The notes: a model not told the origin generated them from the sequence alone. A stretch of DNA of 64,000 nucleotides from Myxococcota bacterium (GCA_965228475.1 OZ245817.1:2656001-2720000), one strand, 5' to 3'. Counted from the stretch's first letter, positions 18,000 to 32,253 are shown. Translations and numbers: made by a program.

Positions 18000-19813
18000 G
18001 CCCGAGCGCCCGGCGCTTCGGCCGGATCCTTCGGTTCGGGAGGTGCGCCGGGCCCGCCGCGGCCGGCGATGACCGCGCGGTCGCGGCCCTGGTCCTTCGC
18101 CTCGTAGAGCGCGCGGTCCGAGATCTTGAGGAGCTCGTCCCCGCTGATCCCGTGCTCGGGGCGGGCGGCGATCCCGATCGAGACGGTGAACTCCGGCCCG
18201 CTCTGCTCGCACGCCAGCGCCAGCGACTCCCGGATGCGCCCGGCGAGGATCGCCGCGCCGTCGGCGTCGACCCCCGTGGCGATCACCAGGAACTCCTCGC
18301 CGCCCGGCCGGCAGGGAAGATCCGTGTCCCGGCACTGGCCCCGAAGGACGTTGGCGAAGGTCACGAGGCAGCGGTCCCCGGTCTCGTGGCCGTGGACGTC
18401 GTTCAGGCGCTTGAACTTGTCGAGGTCGCAGGCCAGGACGGCGTAGGGCGTGGCCGTCCGGTCGAGCTCCTCGAGCCGCTGCCCCATGGCCCGCCGGTTG
18501 GCGAGGTTCGTGAGCGGGTCCGTGGCCGCCTCCTGCTCGCGCTCGACCAGCGTCCGGACGACGCCGAGCCGGGTGCCGAGCGTCCCGACGAGGGTGGTCA
18601 GATCCGTCTCGAGGATCTCGGTGTCGTCCTTTTCGCTCAGCGAGAGCTGGGCGGCGGCGAACGCCTTCCCGGCCGCGGCCACGGGCGCGCACATGACCCG
18701 GCTGTCTTCGTCCTTCAGGAACGGGCACCGCGCGAGGCCCGCGCTGTCGGTGAAGGAGATGACGCGGCCCTTGCGGATCGCCGGGCAACGGCGCGGCAAC
18801 GGGGCGTCGCAGAGTGCCGGCCCCTCGGCCACGCGTTCTTCGAGGGACGAGCCCGAGTCGTCGGAAACGAGGAGCCGGAAGCTCGAACCCGGAAGGCGCA
18901 GCTTCGCCGCTCGGGCGACGGTCTCGTAGACGTGCTCGGGCGTGTCGTCGAGCTCGAGGGCTTCGATCAGCTCCTGGGCGAAGCGCGCGTGGCGGCGCTC
19001 CTCGGCGCTCGCCTCGATCAGTCCATGGTGCGTCTCGCGCAGCGTCTCGAGCGCCCGGACGACGCGATCCCCGAGCACGGGATCGATCGCGACCGAGGCA
19101 TCGTCCTCGCGCGCGGCATCGAGCGCCACGGCCAGGCCTTCGCGGGCGTTCCGCCAGGTCTCGAGGTGGCGCCGTTCGCGCCGCAGGGCCGTCAGCCCGA
19201 CGATCACGTGCACGAGCGCGAGCCCGGCGAGCACCATGTAGCAGCGCTCCGCGAGCTCCCGCATGCCCTCACGCGACTCCTGGGTGAGCGCCATGTCGAG
19301 CTGTCCGAGCTGTCCATCGAGACCGGCGAGGATCTTCTCGAAGGAGACGAGCTTCGAGCCCCGGGCGTCGGAGGAACTCCACAGCGCCTCGCCCGCCTGG
19401 GCCACGGCGCGCGTATGCTCTTCGGTCCGGGCGATGCTCTCGGACTGCTCGGGCCAGAGCGTCTCGAGGGTCGAGAGCCGGGCCCCAAGGTCCGCGATCG
19501 CGGCGATCGCCTGGTCCCGCGCGCGCCCGGAACCCGAGTGGGCGAAATCCCGGACCGCCAGGGAAAGCTCGGTGGTGTCGATGTGGGCCGCCTGGAGCTG
19601 TTCCTTCCGCGCCGACTCCTTGTGCGCGTGGTCGCGTACGCTCGCGCCGAGGAACGACGCAGCACCCGCGGCCATCAACACCACGATGCCGAGTTCGAGC
19701 ACGGCGCCGCCGCGGAAGGAGCTGGAGGAAGACGCTTCGGTGACTCGCGCCGCGCCCTCCGCATCCACGCTCTCGGCGTCCACGGGTTCGGCGACTTCGG
19801 GGTTCTCATCCAT
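17996..19813 (-). CDS. Membrane-anchored diguanylate cyclase (periplasmic sensor, GAF-like, GGDEF)
   Basis: TDPLTNLANRR, DLDKFKRLND.HGH..GD, RDTD I-site and GGEEF A-site. Two TM helices. Confidence 0.92.
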   Translation of the reverse strand: MDENPEVAEPVDAESVDAEGAARVTEASSSSSFRGGAVLELGIVVLMAAGAASFLGASVRDHAHKESARKEQLQAAHIDTTELSLAVRDFAHSGSGRARDQAIAAIADLGARLSTLETLWPEQSESIARTEEHTRAVAQAGEALWSSSDARGSKLVSFEKILAGLDGQLGQLDMALTQESREGMRELAERCYMVLAGLALVHVIVGLTALRRERRHLETWRNAREGLAVALDAAREDDASVAIDPVLGDRVVRALETLRETHHGLIEASAEERRHARFAQELIEALELDDTPEHVYETVARAAKLRLPGSSFRLLVSDDSGSSLEERVAEGPALCDAPLPRRCPAIRKGRVISFTDSAGLARCPFLKDEDSRVMCAPVAAAGKAFAAAQLSLSEKDDTEILETDLTTLVGTLGTRLGVVRTLVEREQEAATDPLTNLANRRAMGQRLEELDRTATPYAVLACDLDKFKRLNDVHGHETGDRCLVTFANVLRGQCRDTDLPCRPGGEEFLVIATGVDADGAAILAGRIRESLALACEQSGPEFTVSIGIAARPEHGISGDELLKISDRALYEAKDQGRDRAVIAGRGGPGAPPEPKDPAEAPGARA

Positions 19814-20011
19814 GAGAGGGAATTTCTCCAGGCGGTGCTTTCACTGGATCGGCTCGACTGCGCCTCCACTCGATCGGGTCGGGCCCCGAGTCCGCACCGT
19901 GAACGTCGGATTCGGCCGTACGGACAACCCCGGAGGCCGGCTCCGGCGTTCGCCGCCATGGGACCGTGCCGGAGCCGCGCGTGATAGCCTGCCGCCGCCG
20001 ATGGAGGACCG

Positions 20012-20479
20012 ATGCCCCGCTTTTCCCGCGCCGAACTCGAAGAAGCCTTTGCCCACTACGTCGCCGTCAACGACGACGCCTCGCGCCGAAAGGACTGGCA
20101 GGCCTGGGCGGACAAGTTCACCGAGGACGTCCACTACGTGGAGCACGCCTTCGGCGAGTTCCACGGGCGCGATGCCGTGCGCGAGTGGATCACGGGAGTG
20201 ATGGCTCCCTACCCGCAGATGGATTTCCCGATGGACTGGCACGTCGTCGACGAGGAGCGCGGCTGGGTCGTCTTCCAGTGCCAGAACCGGCTCGCCCACC
20301 CGACGGACCCGGACGGGCCGCCCTTCCAGTTCCCGACCTGGTCGAAGATCCACTACGCCGGGGACCATCTGTGGAGCTACGAGGAAGACACCTACAACCC
20401 CGCGCTCGCCGGTAGCGCGATCCAGGCCTGGCGGGAAGCCGGCGGAAGACTGCTCGAACGACAGATGAAGATGAAGTAG
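20012..20479 (+). CDS. NTF2/SnoaL-like protein
   Basis: WADKFTEDVHYVEHAFGEFHGRDAVREW...YEEDTYNP. RBS GGAGG upstream. Confidence 0.8.
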   Translation: MPRFSRAELEEAFAHYVAVNDDASRRKDWQAWADKFTEDVHYVEHAFGEFHGRDAVREWITGVMAPYPQMDFPMDWHVVDEERGWVVFQCQNRLAHPTDPDGPPFQFPTWSKIHYAGDHLWSYEEDTYNPALAGSAIQAWREAGGRLLERQMKMK

Positions 20480-20508
20480 CCCGCCCGTCCGAGCCGACGG
20501 AGCCCGGC

Positions 20509-20985
20509 CTACTCGCGCCGCCGCGGGCGGCCGCGCATGCCGAGCCCGATCCCGACGCCGAAGGCCGCGACGAGCAGGGACATGCGCTTCTCCGAGGTCC
20601 ACTCGGAGGCGTCTCCGGACAGCAGCCGAAGAATCGAGCCCAGGGCCTCGGCGTCGCTCGCGAGGTCCGCCCGGGCCCGGCGCGCCGCCTGCTCCGCTGC
20701 CTCGAGGTCCGAAGAACGCGAAAGCGGCCGCGCGAGAAGCACCAGCACGAGCGCCAGGAAGAACTGCGCGCCCCCGATCATCAAGGCCGCGTTCAGCGAG
20801 CCGTAGGCCTCGGAGAGTGCGAGGAAGCCCGCGACGAGGAGCATGAGCAGGCCGCCGACCGCGAGCAGCACGGCCACGACCTGGAAGAGGCTCTGCTTCA
20901 CCACGGAACGCGCCGAAGCGCGCACCCGGAGGAGCTCTGCCTCGGCGAGGTTCCGCGCGTCGTTGATCGGATCGATGCTGGCCAT
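20509..20985 (-). CDS. YqjE/holin-X-like membrane protein
   Basis: Two TM helices plus a C-terminal hydrophobic/basic tail, directly downstream of a DUF883-like gene (the usual elaB/yqjD-yqjE arrangement). Confidence 0.6.
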   Translation of the reverse strand: MASIDPINDARNLAEAELLRVRASARSVVKQSLFQVVAVLLAVGGLLMLLVAGFLALSEAYGSLNAALMIGGAQFFLALVLVLLARPLSRSSDLEAAEQAARRARADLASDAEALGSILRLLSGDASEWTSEKRMSLLVAAFGVGIGLGMRGRPRRRE

Positions 20986-20993
20986 GGGCCGTG

Positions 20994-21314
20994 CTAGCGC
21001 CCGAGGATCCGGGCGAGGATGAACCCGACGATGAGCGCGATCAGCACGCTCTGCACGGGCTTCTCCTCGATCTGCTGCTCGATCTGATCGAGGCCCGCCT
21101 TGGCCTGATCGATCCCGGCCTTGGCCTGCTCGGTGGCGTCCGCCGCGGCGGTGCGCAGGCGCTCGACCTTTTCGGAACCACTAGAAGCGCCCGAGCCACC
21201 GGAACCCGCGCTCTTGCGGCGCGCGGTCTCCTCGCGGAGCGCCTTGCGAAGGGCCGCTACGTCCTGACGCAGGTCCTTGACTTCCTGCTCCAAGGCATCG
21301 CCACTGGCGCTCAT
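20994..21314 (-). CDS. ElaB/YqjD/DUF883-like tail-anchored protein
   Basis: N-terminal coiled coil and C-terminal IEEKPVQSVLIALIVGFILARILGR. Confidence 0.75.
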   Translation of the reverse strand: MSASGDALEQEVKDLRQDVAALRKALREETARRKSAGSGGSGASSGSEKVERLRTAAADATEQAKAGIDQAKAGLDQIEQQIEEKPVQSVLIALIVGFILARILGR

Positions 21315-21424
21315 CGCTCGTCCTCCGGGCGGCGGCCGAAACGGGCCGGCCGATGACGCATGGTGCATGGATCCCCGGCCCATTTCAATACGGCCCGGGC
21401 ACCGGCCCCGGTATGATGCGCGCC

Positions 21425-22252
21425 ATGACGAGAGCGGAAGGTCCTGCGAACGCCGCCGGCATCGACGCCGGGGCGACCCTCACCAAGCTCGCGCTCCCTT
21501 CCGAGGACGGCTCGGCCCGGCTCGAGGCCCTTCCGAGCGAGCAGACCGAGGCGATCCTCGCGAAGGTCGAGGCGGCCGCCCCGGCCCACGTGGGACTGAC
21601 CGGCGGCGGCGCCAAGCGGCTCCTCGCGCGGATCCCGGCCGGACGGACCGTGGACGAGTTCGATGCCTGGCATGCCGGCGTCCAGGACATCGCCCTCGAG
21701 GTCGGTGAACGGTTCCTGCTCGTCTCGATCGGGACGGGAACTTCCGTCCTGCTCGTCGACGGCCCCAAGGTGCAGCGCCTCGGCGGCACCCCGCTCGGCG
21801 GCGGCACGGTCCTCGGCCTGGGCAAGGTCCTCGCCGGGACGTCGGACTTCGAGGCGCTCTGCGCCATGGCCGAGCGCGGCGACCGGGCGCGCGTCGACCT
21901 CTCCGTCGCCGACGTCTACGCCGGCGGCGACGCTCCCCTCACGACCGACGTCATGGCCTCCTCCTTCGCCCGGCTCGCCGACGGCGCCCACCACGCGAAC
22001 GCCTCGCCCGAAGACTGCGCCCGCTCCCTCATGGCCATGGTCGGCGAGAACGTCGCCCTGCTCGCAGGGAGCCTTTCGCTCGTGGTCGACGCCCCCGCCA
22101 TCGCCTTCGGCGGGTCCACCGTGACCGGCAACCCGGCCCTGGCCGAGGCCCTCCGCGACTACGTCGGCCGCTTCGGCCGCAAGACCCACCTGCTCGATCA
22201 CGGGGGCTTCATCGGCGCCCTCGGCGCGCGGCGCCTCGCGGTAGAGCCCTAG
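21425..22252 (+). CDS. coaW: Type II (fumble/CoaW-like) pantothenate kinase
   Basis: GIDAGATLTK, LTGGGA, VDEF, VSIGTGTS, LGGTPLGGGTVLGL, DLSVADVY, ASSFA, FGGS, GFIGALGA. Confidence 0.8.
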   Translation: MTRAEGPANAAGIDAGATLTKLALPSEDGSARLEALPSEQTEAILAKVEAAAPAHVGLTGGGAKRLLARIPAGRTVDEFDAWHAGVQDIALEVGERFLLVSIGTGTSVLLVDGPKVQRLGGTPLGGGTVLGLGKVLAGTSDFEALCAMAERGDRARVDLSVADVYAGGDAPLTTDVMASSFARLADGAHHANASPEDCARSLMAMVGENVALLAGSLSLVVDAPAIAFGGSTVTGNPALAEALRDYVGRFGRKTHLLDHGGFIGALGARRLAVEP

Positions 22253-22323
22253 CCACCCGCGCTCGACGCGCACGCCACCTTGGTTCAAACTGCGTCCGTT
22301 CGAAACGCACCGGAGGAACCGTC

Positions 22324-23955
22324 TTGGAGTTCAATTTCGCCGACGTCAACGAGGCCGTGGCCGCCGCCGCTCCCGAGCGCGAGGCCCTCGTCTTCCGCGA
22401 CCGCCGCCTCACCCACGCGGAGCTCGCCGAACGCAGCCGGCGCCTGGCGAACTTCCTTCTCTCGCGAGGCGTGAAGGTCCGGAAGGAGCGCTCCGAGCTC
22501 GAGGGTCACGAATCCGGCCAGGACCACATGGCGATCTACCTCTACAACGGCAACGAGTATCTCGAGGGGATGCTCGGCGCCTGGAAGGCCCGCGTCGCGC
22601 CGCTGAACGTGAACTACCGCTACGTCGAGGAAGAGCTCGTCTACCTCTTCCGGAACTCGCGCTCGCGCGCCGTCCTCTACCACGCCGAGTTCGCCCCGCG
22701 CCTCGCGGCGATCCGCGACCAGGTCCCCGATCTCGAGCTCCTGATCCAGGTCGCCGACGGCTCGGGCAACGCGCTCCTGCCCGGGGCCGTGGACTACGAA
22801 GAGGCGCTGGCGAGCGCCTCGGCGGGCACGCCGGACGTCACGCCTTCCGGCGACGACCTCTACATCCTCTACACCGGCGGCACGACGGGCATGCCGAAGG
22901 GCGTGCTCTGGCGCTCGGGCGACATCTTCATCGCGGCCATGGGCGGCCGCCGCGCCGACCGCACCGAGCACGACTCCGTCGAAGCCATCGCCGAGCAGGT
23001 GAAGAACGCGCCGCCCATGCGCACGGTGATCGGGCCGCCCTTCATGCACGGCGCCGCCCAGTGGACGGGCTTCATCATGATGCACGCGGGCATGACCCTC
23101 TGCGTGCCCTCGGTGCCGGAGAAGCTCGACGCCCACGACTTCCTCTCGACCATCGAGCGGGAGAAGGCCTTCTCGTGCAGCATCGTCGGCGACGCCTTCG
23201 CGCGGCCGATCATCGATGCGATCCGCAAGGGCAGCTACGACCTCTCGAGCCTGAAGATGATCGGCTCCGGGGGCGCGCCGCTCTCGACGAACAACAAGCA
23301 GGCGATCCTCGACGCCGTCCCCGGCGTGACGATCCTCGACGCCATCGGTTCGAGTGAGACCGGCGTCCAGGCGAGCAACCCGAGCAACAAGGACACGGGT
23401 GTCAGCACGGGCGACTTCCAGCCGGGCCCGGGCGCCTGCGTCGTGAGCGCCGAGCTCGACCGCAGGCTCGAGCCCGGCGACGACGAGATGGGCTGGTTCG
23501 CCCAGGAGGGCCGCGTCCCGCTCGGCTATCTCGACGACGCGGAGAAGACGGCCCGCACCTTCCCGGTGATCGGCGGCGTGCGCTACTCGGTGCCCGGCGA
23601 CCGCGCGCGCTACCGCGCCGACGGCGGCATCGACGTGCTCGGCCGGGATTCGGTCACGATCAACTCGGGCGGCGAGAAGATCTTCGCCGAGGAGGTCGAG
23701 GGCGCGCTGAAGCAGCACCCCGCGGTCTACGACACCGTGGTCGCCGGACGGGAGAGCGAGCGCTGGGGGCAGGAGGTCGTCGCCGTGGTCCAGCTGCGGG
23801 AAGGCGAGAGCGCGACGCCCGAAGAGCTCGTGGCCGAAGCCGGCAAGCACATCGCCCGCTACAAGCTCCCGAAGGCCTTCGTGTTCCGCGACCACATCGA
23901 GCGCAGCCCGAGCGGCAAGCCCGACTACCGGTGGGCCAAGGCCCAGGTCGGCTGA
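22324..23955 (+). CDS. Acyl-CoA synthetase (FadD19-like)
   Basis: YTGGTTGMPKG AMP-binding motif, GSSETG, YSVPGD, INSGGEKIFAEEVE, RSPSGKPDY. TTG start with RBS GGAGG. Confidence 0.92.
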   Translation: MEFNFADVNEAVAAAAPEREALVFRDRRLTHAELAERSRRLANFLLSRGVKVRKERSELEGHESGQDHMAIYLYNGNEYLEGMLGAWKARVAPLNVNYRYVEEELVYLFRNSRSRAVLYHAEFAPRLAAIRDQVPDLELLIQVADGSGNALLPGAVDYEEALASASAGTPDVTPSGDDLYILYTGGTTGMPKGVLWRSGDIFIAAMGGRRADRTEHDSVEAIAEQVKNAPPMRTVIGPPFMHGAAQWTGFIMMHAGMTLCVPSVPEKLDAHDFLSTIEREKAFSCSIVGDAFARPIIDAIRKGSYDLSSLKMIGSGGAPLSTNNKQAILDAVPGVTILDAIGSSETGVQASNPSNKDTGVSTGDFQPGPGACVVSAELDRRLEPGDDEMGWFAQEGRVPLGYLDDAEKTARTFPVIGGVRYSVPGDRARYRADGGIDVLGRDSVTINSGGEKIFAEEVEGALKQHPAVYDTVVAGRESERWGQEVVAVVQLREGESATPEELVAEAGKHIARYKLPKAFVFRDHIERSPSGKPDYRWAKAQVG

Positions 23956-23994
23956 CCACCGAGGTCGGCTGACCCCCGAGCTCGGCTGACCACG
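23945..23994. repeat. Three imperfect 17-bp tandem copies of the acyl-CoA ligase stop-codon region
   Basis: aggtcggctgaccaccg / aggtcggctgacccccg / agctcggctgaccacg. Confidence 0.85.
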
Positions 23995-24031
23995 AAAAAC
24001 GGGGGCGGCCCATCCGGACCGCCCCCGTCTT
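23995..24031. terminator. Intrinsic terminator between convergent genes
   Basis: Stem acgggggcgg/ccgcccccgt preceded by aaaaa (the U-tract for the minus strand). Confidence 0.75.
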
Positions 24032-24069
24032 CGATTCGATTCCCGGGCGCTGGCCCGGGCTACCGGCCC

Positions 24070-24495
24070 CTACTCGGAACCGAAGCGCGCCTCGAGTTCC
24101 TCTTCCGAGAAGACCACGTCGATCTTGCGCGCGAAGAACTCGCCCTTCTTCTTGTCGTCGGGCACCCAGTACACGTTCACCCGCTTGCCGGCGGGGATGT
24201 CCTTGATGTCGCCCTTCACGCCGTTCACCGCGACGCTCGTTCGCGTGAGCACGCTGCCCTCGGGCTTCACGTTGAAGGTCGCTTCCTTGCCCTTCTTCAG
24301 CGACTTCTTGTTCGGGCCCTTGCTCTTGCGGACCTTCACCACGGCGGTCTTGGAGGCGGCGTCGTACTTGACCCAGTCGGCTTCCGTCTGGGTGCTCTTC
24401 GACTTGGCCTGGGCTTCGGGCGCGACGGCGGCGGCAAGGAACAAAGCGGCGACCACGGCGGCCCCCCGCACGAAGAGAGTCTTGGTTCGGTTCAC
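24070..24495 (-). CDS. Hypothetical secreted, Lys-rich beta-strand protein
   Basis: GTG with a GGAGGA RBS, signal peptide ending AQA, codon pattern typical of real genes. Confidence 0.8.
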   Translation of the reverse strand: MNRTKTLFVRGAAVVAALFLAAAVAPEAQAKSKSTQTEADWVKYDAASKTAVVKVRKSKGPNKKSLKKGKEATFNVKPEGSVLTRTSVAVNGVKGDIKDIPAGKRVNVYWVPDDKKKGEFFARKIDVVFSEEELEARFGSE

Positions 24496-24785
24496 GGCAA
24501 ATCCTCCAGTCCAGAAAAAGGCGTCATCGCTCAAAGGCGTCATCGCTCGGGCGCAACCGAGCCCCCCAGGGAACGCAGAGCCTACACGGTCCCGGAATCG
24601 CCGGGAAGATCCGTTGTGGGCCTCCTGCTCGCCCCGTTGGGCCTTCGACGCGCCCCTCTCCTGAATGATTCATCCCGGGCCCGGGACACATCCCCGGCCC
24701 GGGCGAGGGTACATCCCCGCGGGTATGCGAGGCTTTCCGGGGATCGGGGCCAAGTCCGGGGGCGCGCGCGCCGAAACGGTTGGAC

Positions 24786-26750
24786 ATGGACTTTCTCGAG
24801 GCCGAGCCGGCCCGACTGACGGTCGAGGAGGGGGAATCCGAAGGGGTTTCCTTCCGCCTGGAGCTGACGTCCACGATCGGCCGGGACCCCCAGAACACGA
24901 TCCGGCTGCTCGACGAACTGACCTCCCGCCACCACGCCGTGATCCGCTTCGCCGACGGCGCGTGGACCCTGCAGGATCTCGACAGTGCGAACGGCACCTG
25001 GGTGGGCGACACGCGGCAGGACAAGCCGCTGCGGCTCGAGGGCGGCGAGCGCATCCGGATGGGAAACACCGTCTTCCGGTTCGAAGGGATCGCGGGCCCG
25101 CCGGCGCCGGCGCGGCTCGAGCTGGCCGACCACACCGCCGTGCGCATCGTGAACTCCCACCGTCACGCCGTCGTGCTCGGGCCGGACGAAGCGACCGAGC
25201 CCATCACCGCGGCGGTCACGGCGCCGGCCGCCGCCTCCCCGATCGTGGCGCCGCCGGACAGCCCGCGTTTCCAGGCCCTGCTCCGCATCCAGCGCGCCCT
25301 CGCCGAGCTGCGCGAGATGGACGATCTGGCCGAGGTCCTCCTCGACGAGCTCTTCCGCTGCACCCCGGCCCTGCGCGGCGCGCTGCTCGTCGCGCACAAG
25401 GACCAGACGCTGACGCCGGTCGCCATCCGCCGGCCGGAGGGCGAGCCCCGCTCCCGCATCCCCATGAGCGAACGCCTGCTGCGCCTGGCCCTCGAGGGGC
25501 GCAAGGCCGTCCTGGCCGGCCATGGCGACGCGCCGAGCGCGACCCGGACCCATGGCACCGCCGGCTCCGCGATCACCGCCCCGCTCATCTTCCAGGACCG
25601 CCTGCTCGGCGTCCTCCACCTCGAGAGCGAGACCGGCTTCGAGCCGGACGACCTCGACGTGGTGGCCGGCGCGGCGGCCCAGGGCGCCGTCGCCGTGGCG
25701 AACACCCGCCTCCTCGACCGCATCCGCCGCGAGTCGAAGCACCGGGCCAACCTTCAGCGCTACCTCTCGGCCGGGCTCGTCGAACAGATCCTCGACGGAG
25801 ATCTGAACCTCGACACGGAAGGGACGACCCGCCAGTGCAGCGTCCTGTTCGCGGACCTGCGCGGCTTCACGGCGATGAGCGAGTTCCTCCCGAGCAAGGA
25901 GGTCTTCGCCACCCTGAACGCGTTCTTCGGGCGCATGGTCGAGGTCATCCACGCCCACGGAGGCTCCGTCGACAAGTTCATGGGCGATGCGGTGATGGCG
26001 GTCTGGGGCATCCCGGACCGCACGGAAGAGGACGCCCGGCAGGCCGTCCTGGCCGCCGTCCGCATGCAGCAGGAGCTCGTGCACTTCAACCTCGAGCGCG
26101 AAGCCCAGGGCCGGCCGGGGCTCCGCATGGGGATCGGCGTGCACTCGGGCCCGGTGCTCGCGGGCAACGTCGGCGCACCGCAGCGCATGGAGTACACGGT
26201 GATCGGCGACACGGTGAACCTGGCGAGCCGCATCGAACGCCTCGCTGGGCCGGGCCAGACCCTGGTCTCCGAAGCCACCATGGTCGCGATCCAGGCCCTC
26301 GCCAAGGCGACCGAACGGCCGCCGGTCCACGTGAAGGGCAAGCGCGACCCGGTGAAGACCTACGAGGTACACGGCCTGCGCGACACCGAAGAGGAGACTT
26401 CGGAGCTCGGCCGCACCCACCCGCGCCACAAGACCGCGGCGCGGGTCGCCCTGCTCTCGGAAGGCGATCGGGTCCACGAGGGCCTCCTCGCGGACCTCTC
26501 GGAGACGGGCGCGGGCGTGAAGATTCTCCCGGAGCAGATGCAGGGCCTCGAACCCGGCATGAGCGTTCGCGTGACGCCGGGCCGGCGCGACGGTTCGGAC
26601 GGGTTGGCCATCGAAGCCAGCGTGGTGCGGTTGATCCTCGCCCACGACCACACGGGGCAGGCGCTCTTCAAGGTCGGCGTCCGCTTCCTCGATTCGAGCG
26701 AGCGGGTCCTCGAGAAGACGCGCGACTGGCTCGTGGCACCCGAGGGCTGA
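24786..26750 (+). CDS. Class III adenylate/guanylate cyclase with FHA, GAF and C-terminal PilZ domains
   Basis: FHA (IGR..SRHHA..SANGT), GAF (APL...LGVLHL), cyclase (FADLRGFT, DKFMGDAVM, YTVIGDTVNLASR), PilZ (RTHPR, DLSETG). Confidence 0.9.
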   Translation: MDFLEAEPARLTVEEGESEGVSFRLELTSTIGRDPQNTIRLLDELTSRHHAVIRFADGAWTLQDLDSANGTWVGDTRQDKPLRLEGGERIRMGNTVFRFEGIAGPPAPARLELADHTAVRIVNSHRHAVVLGPDEATEPITAAVTAPAAASPIVAPPDSPRFQALLRIQRALAELREMDDLAEVLLDELFRCTPALRGALLVAHKDQTLTPVAIRRPEGEPRSRIPMSERLLRLALEGRKAVLAGHGDAPSATRTHGTAGSAITAPLIFQDRLLGVLHLESETGFEPDDLDVVAGAAAQGAVAVANTRLLDRIRRESKHRANLQRYLSAGLVEQILDGDLNLDTEGTTRQCSVLFADLRGFTAMSEFLPSKEVFATLNAFFGRMVEVIHAHGGSVDKFMGDAVMAVWGIPDRTEEDARQAVLAAVRMQQELVHFNLEREAQGRPGLRMGIGVHSGPVLAGNVGAPQRMEYTVIGDTVNLASRIERLAGPGQTLVSEATMVAIQALAKATERPPVHVKGKRDPVKTYEVHGLRDTEEETSELGRTHPRHKTAARVALLSEGDRVHEGLLADLSETGAGVKILPEQMQGLEPGMSVRVTPGRRDGSDGLAIEASVVRLILAHDHTGQALFKVGVRFLDSSERVLEKTRDWLVAPEG

Positions 26751-26767
26751 CGCGCGGCCAGCCGCCG

Positions 26768-31297
<4,530 letters not shown>

Positions 31298-31365
31298 GGC
31301 GCCAGTCTAGCCCGGGGCGAAGCCCCACCCTGCCGGCCCGCCGCGGGAGGGGTACGTTCGGCGCC

Positions 31366-32253
31366 ATGCCCGATCACCCGTCCGACACGCCCGACAAGGC
31401 CGGAACCGACGTTCCGGAGAAGCCCCTCGCCATCCTGCTCTCGCGCCTCGATCTCGACACCCTCGACGAAGACCTCTTCCTCGGCCGGCCCGAGCCCGGG
31501 GGAGACGCACCGCTGTTCGGTGGGTTCGTCGCGAGCCAGGCGACGGTGGCCGCGGGCCGCACCGTCGAGCGCGGCTTCCTCCACTCCCTCCACGCCTACT
31601 TCCTGCGGCGCGGGCGCCACGACCTGCCGATCCGCTACGTCGTGCACCGCATCCGGGACGGCCGGACCTTCACCACCCGCCGCGTCGTGGCCTACCAGGG
31701 CGGCGCGGCGATCTTCAACCTGTCCGCGAGCTTCGCCGTGCCCGAGGAGGGCATCGCCCATCAGAGTCCCCCGCCCGAAGCCCCGCCCCCGGAGACCGCG
31801 CCGGATTGGGAGGACGAGCGCGCGCGCATCCTCGGCGACCCGGCCAAGCGGCGCCCCGACGGCCCGATCGAAGTCCGGCTGTGCGACCTCGACGACCCGG
31901 AGCCCGGCATCGCCCGCCCGCCGACCCGGCGGGTCTGGCTGCGCCCCCGCGGCCCGCTCCCGGACGACCCCCTCATCCACGCCGCCGTCCTGGTCTACGC
32001 CACGGATCGCACCCTGCTCGGCACCGCCGCGCGGCCCCACGGCCTGCCCTGGGGCCAGCGGGTCGGCGCGAGCCTCGACCACGCGGTCTGGCTGCATCAC
32101 CCGCCGCGCTTCGACGGTTGGATCCTGTTCGCGAGTCACAGCCCCGTCGCCCACGCAGCGCGCGGCCTGATCTTCGGCGCGATGTACGACGCCGAGGACC
32201 GCTGCATCGCCTCGGTCGCCCAGGAGGGATTGATCCGCATCCCGCGCGACTGA
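31366..32253 (+). CDS. tesB: Acyl-CoA thioesterase II
   Basis: FGGFVASQ, HSLHAYFLR, RDGRTFTTRRV, ASLDHAVWLH, SVAQEGLIR. Confidence 0.9.
   Translation: MPDHPSDTPDKAGTDVPEKPLAILLSRLDLDTLDEDLFLGRPEPGGDAPLFGGFVASQATVAAGRTVERGFLHSLHAYFLRRGRHDLPIRYVVHRIRDGRTFTTRRVVAYQGGAAIFNLSASFAVPEEGIAHQSPPPEAPPPETAPDWEDERARILGDPAKRRPDGPIEVRLCDLDDPEPGIARPPTRRVWLRPRGPLPDDPLIHAAVLVYATDRTLLGTAARPHGLPWGQRVGASLDHAVWLHHPPRFDGWILFASHSPVAHAARGLIFGAMYDAEDRCIASVAQEGLIRIPRD

Noticed and set aside
20509..20985. Holin-like gene as evidence of a prophage
   Set aside because: It is paired with an ElaB/YqjD-like gene, a normal chromosomal arrangement, and no phage genes are nearby.
23945..23994. Short repeats here, at 11837-11884 and at 52735-52779 as mini-CRISPR arrays
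   Set aside because: The units are directly adjacent with no unique spacers, and there are no cas genes.
24662..24703. Palindromes upstream of the cyclase (TGAATGATTCA and GC-rich inverted repeats)
   Set aside because: They are short or GC-only and not repeated elsewhere in the window, so I cannot distinguish them from chance.
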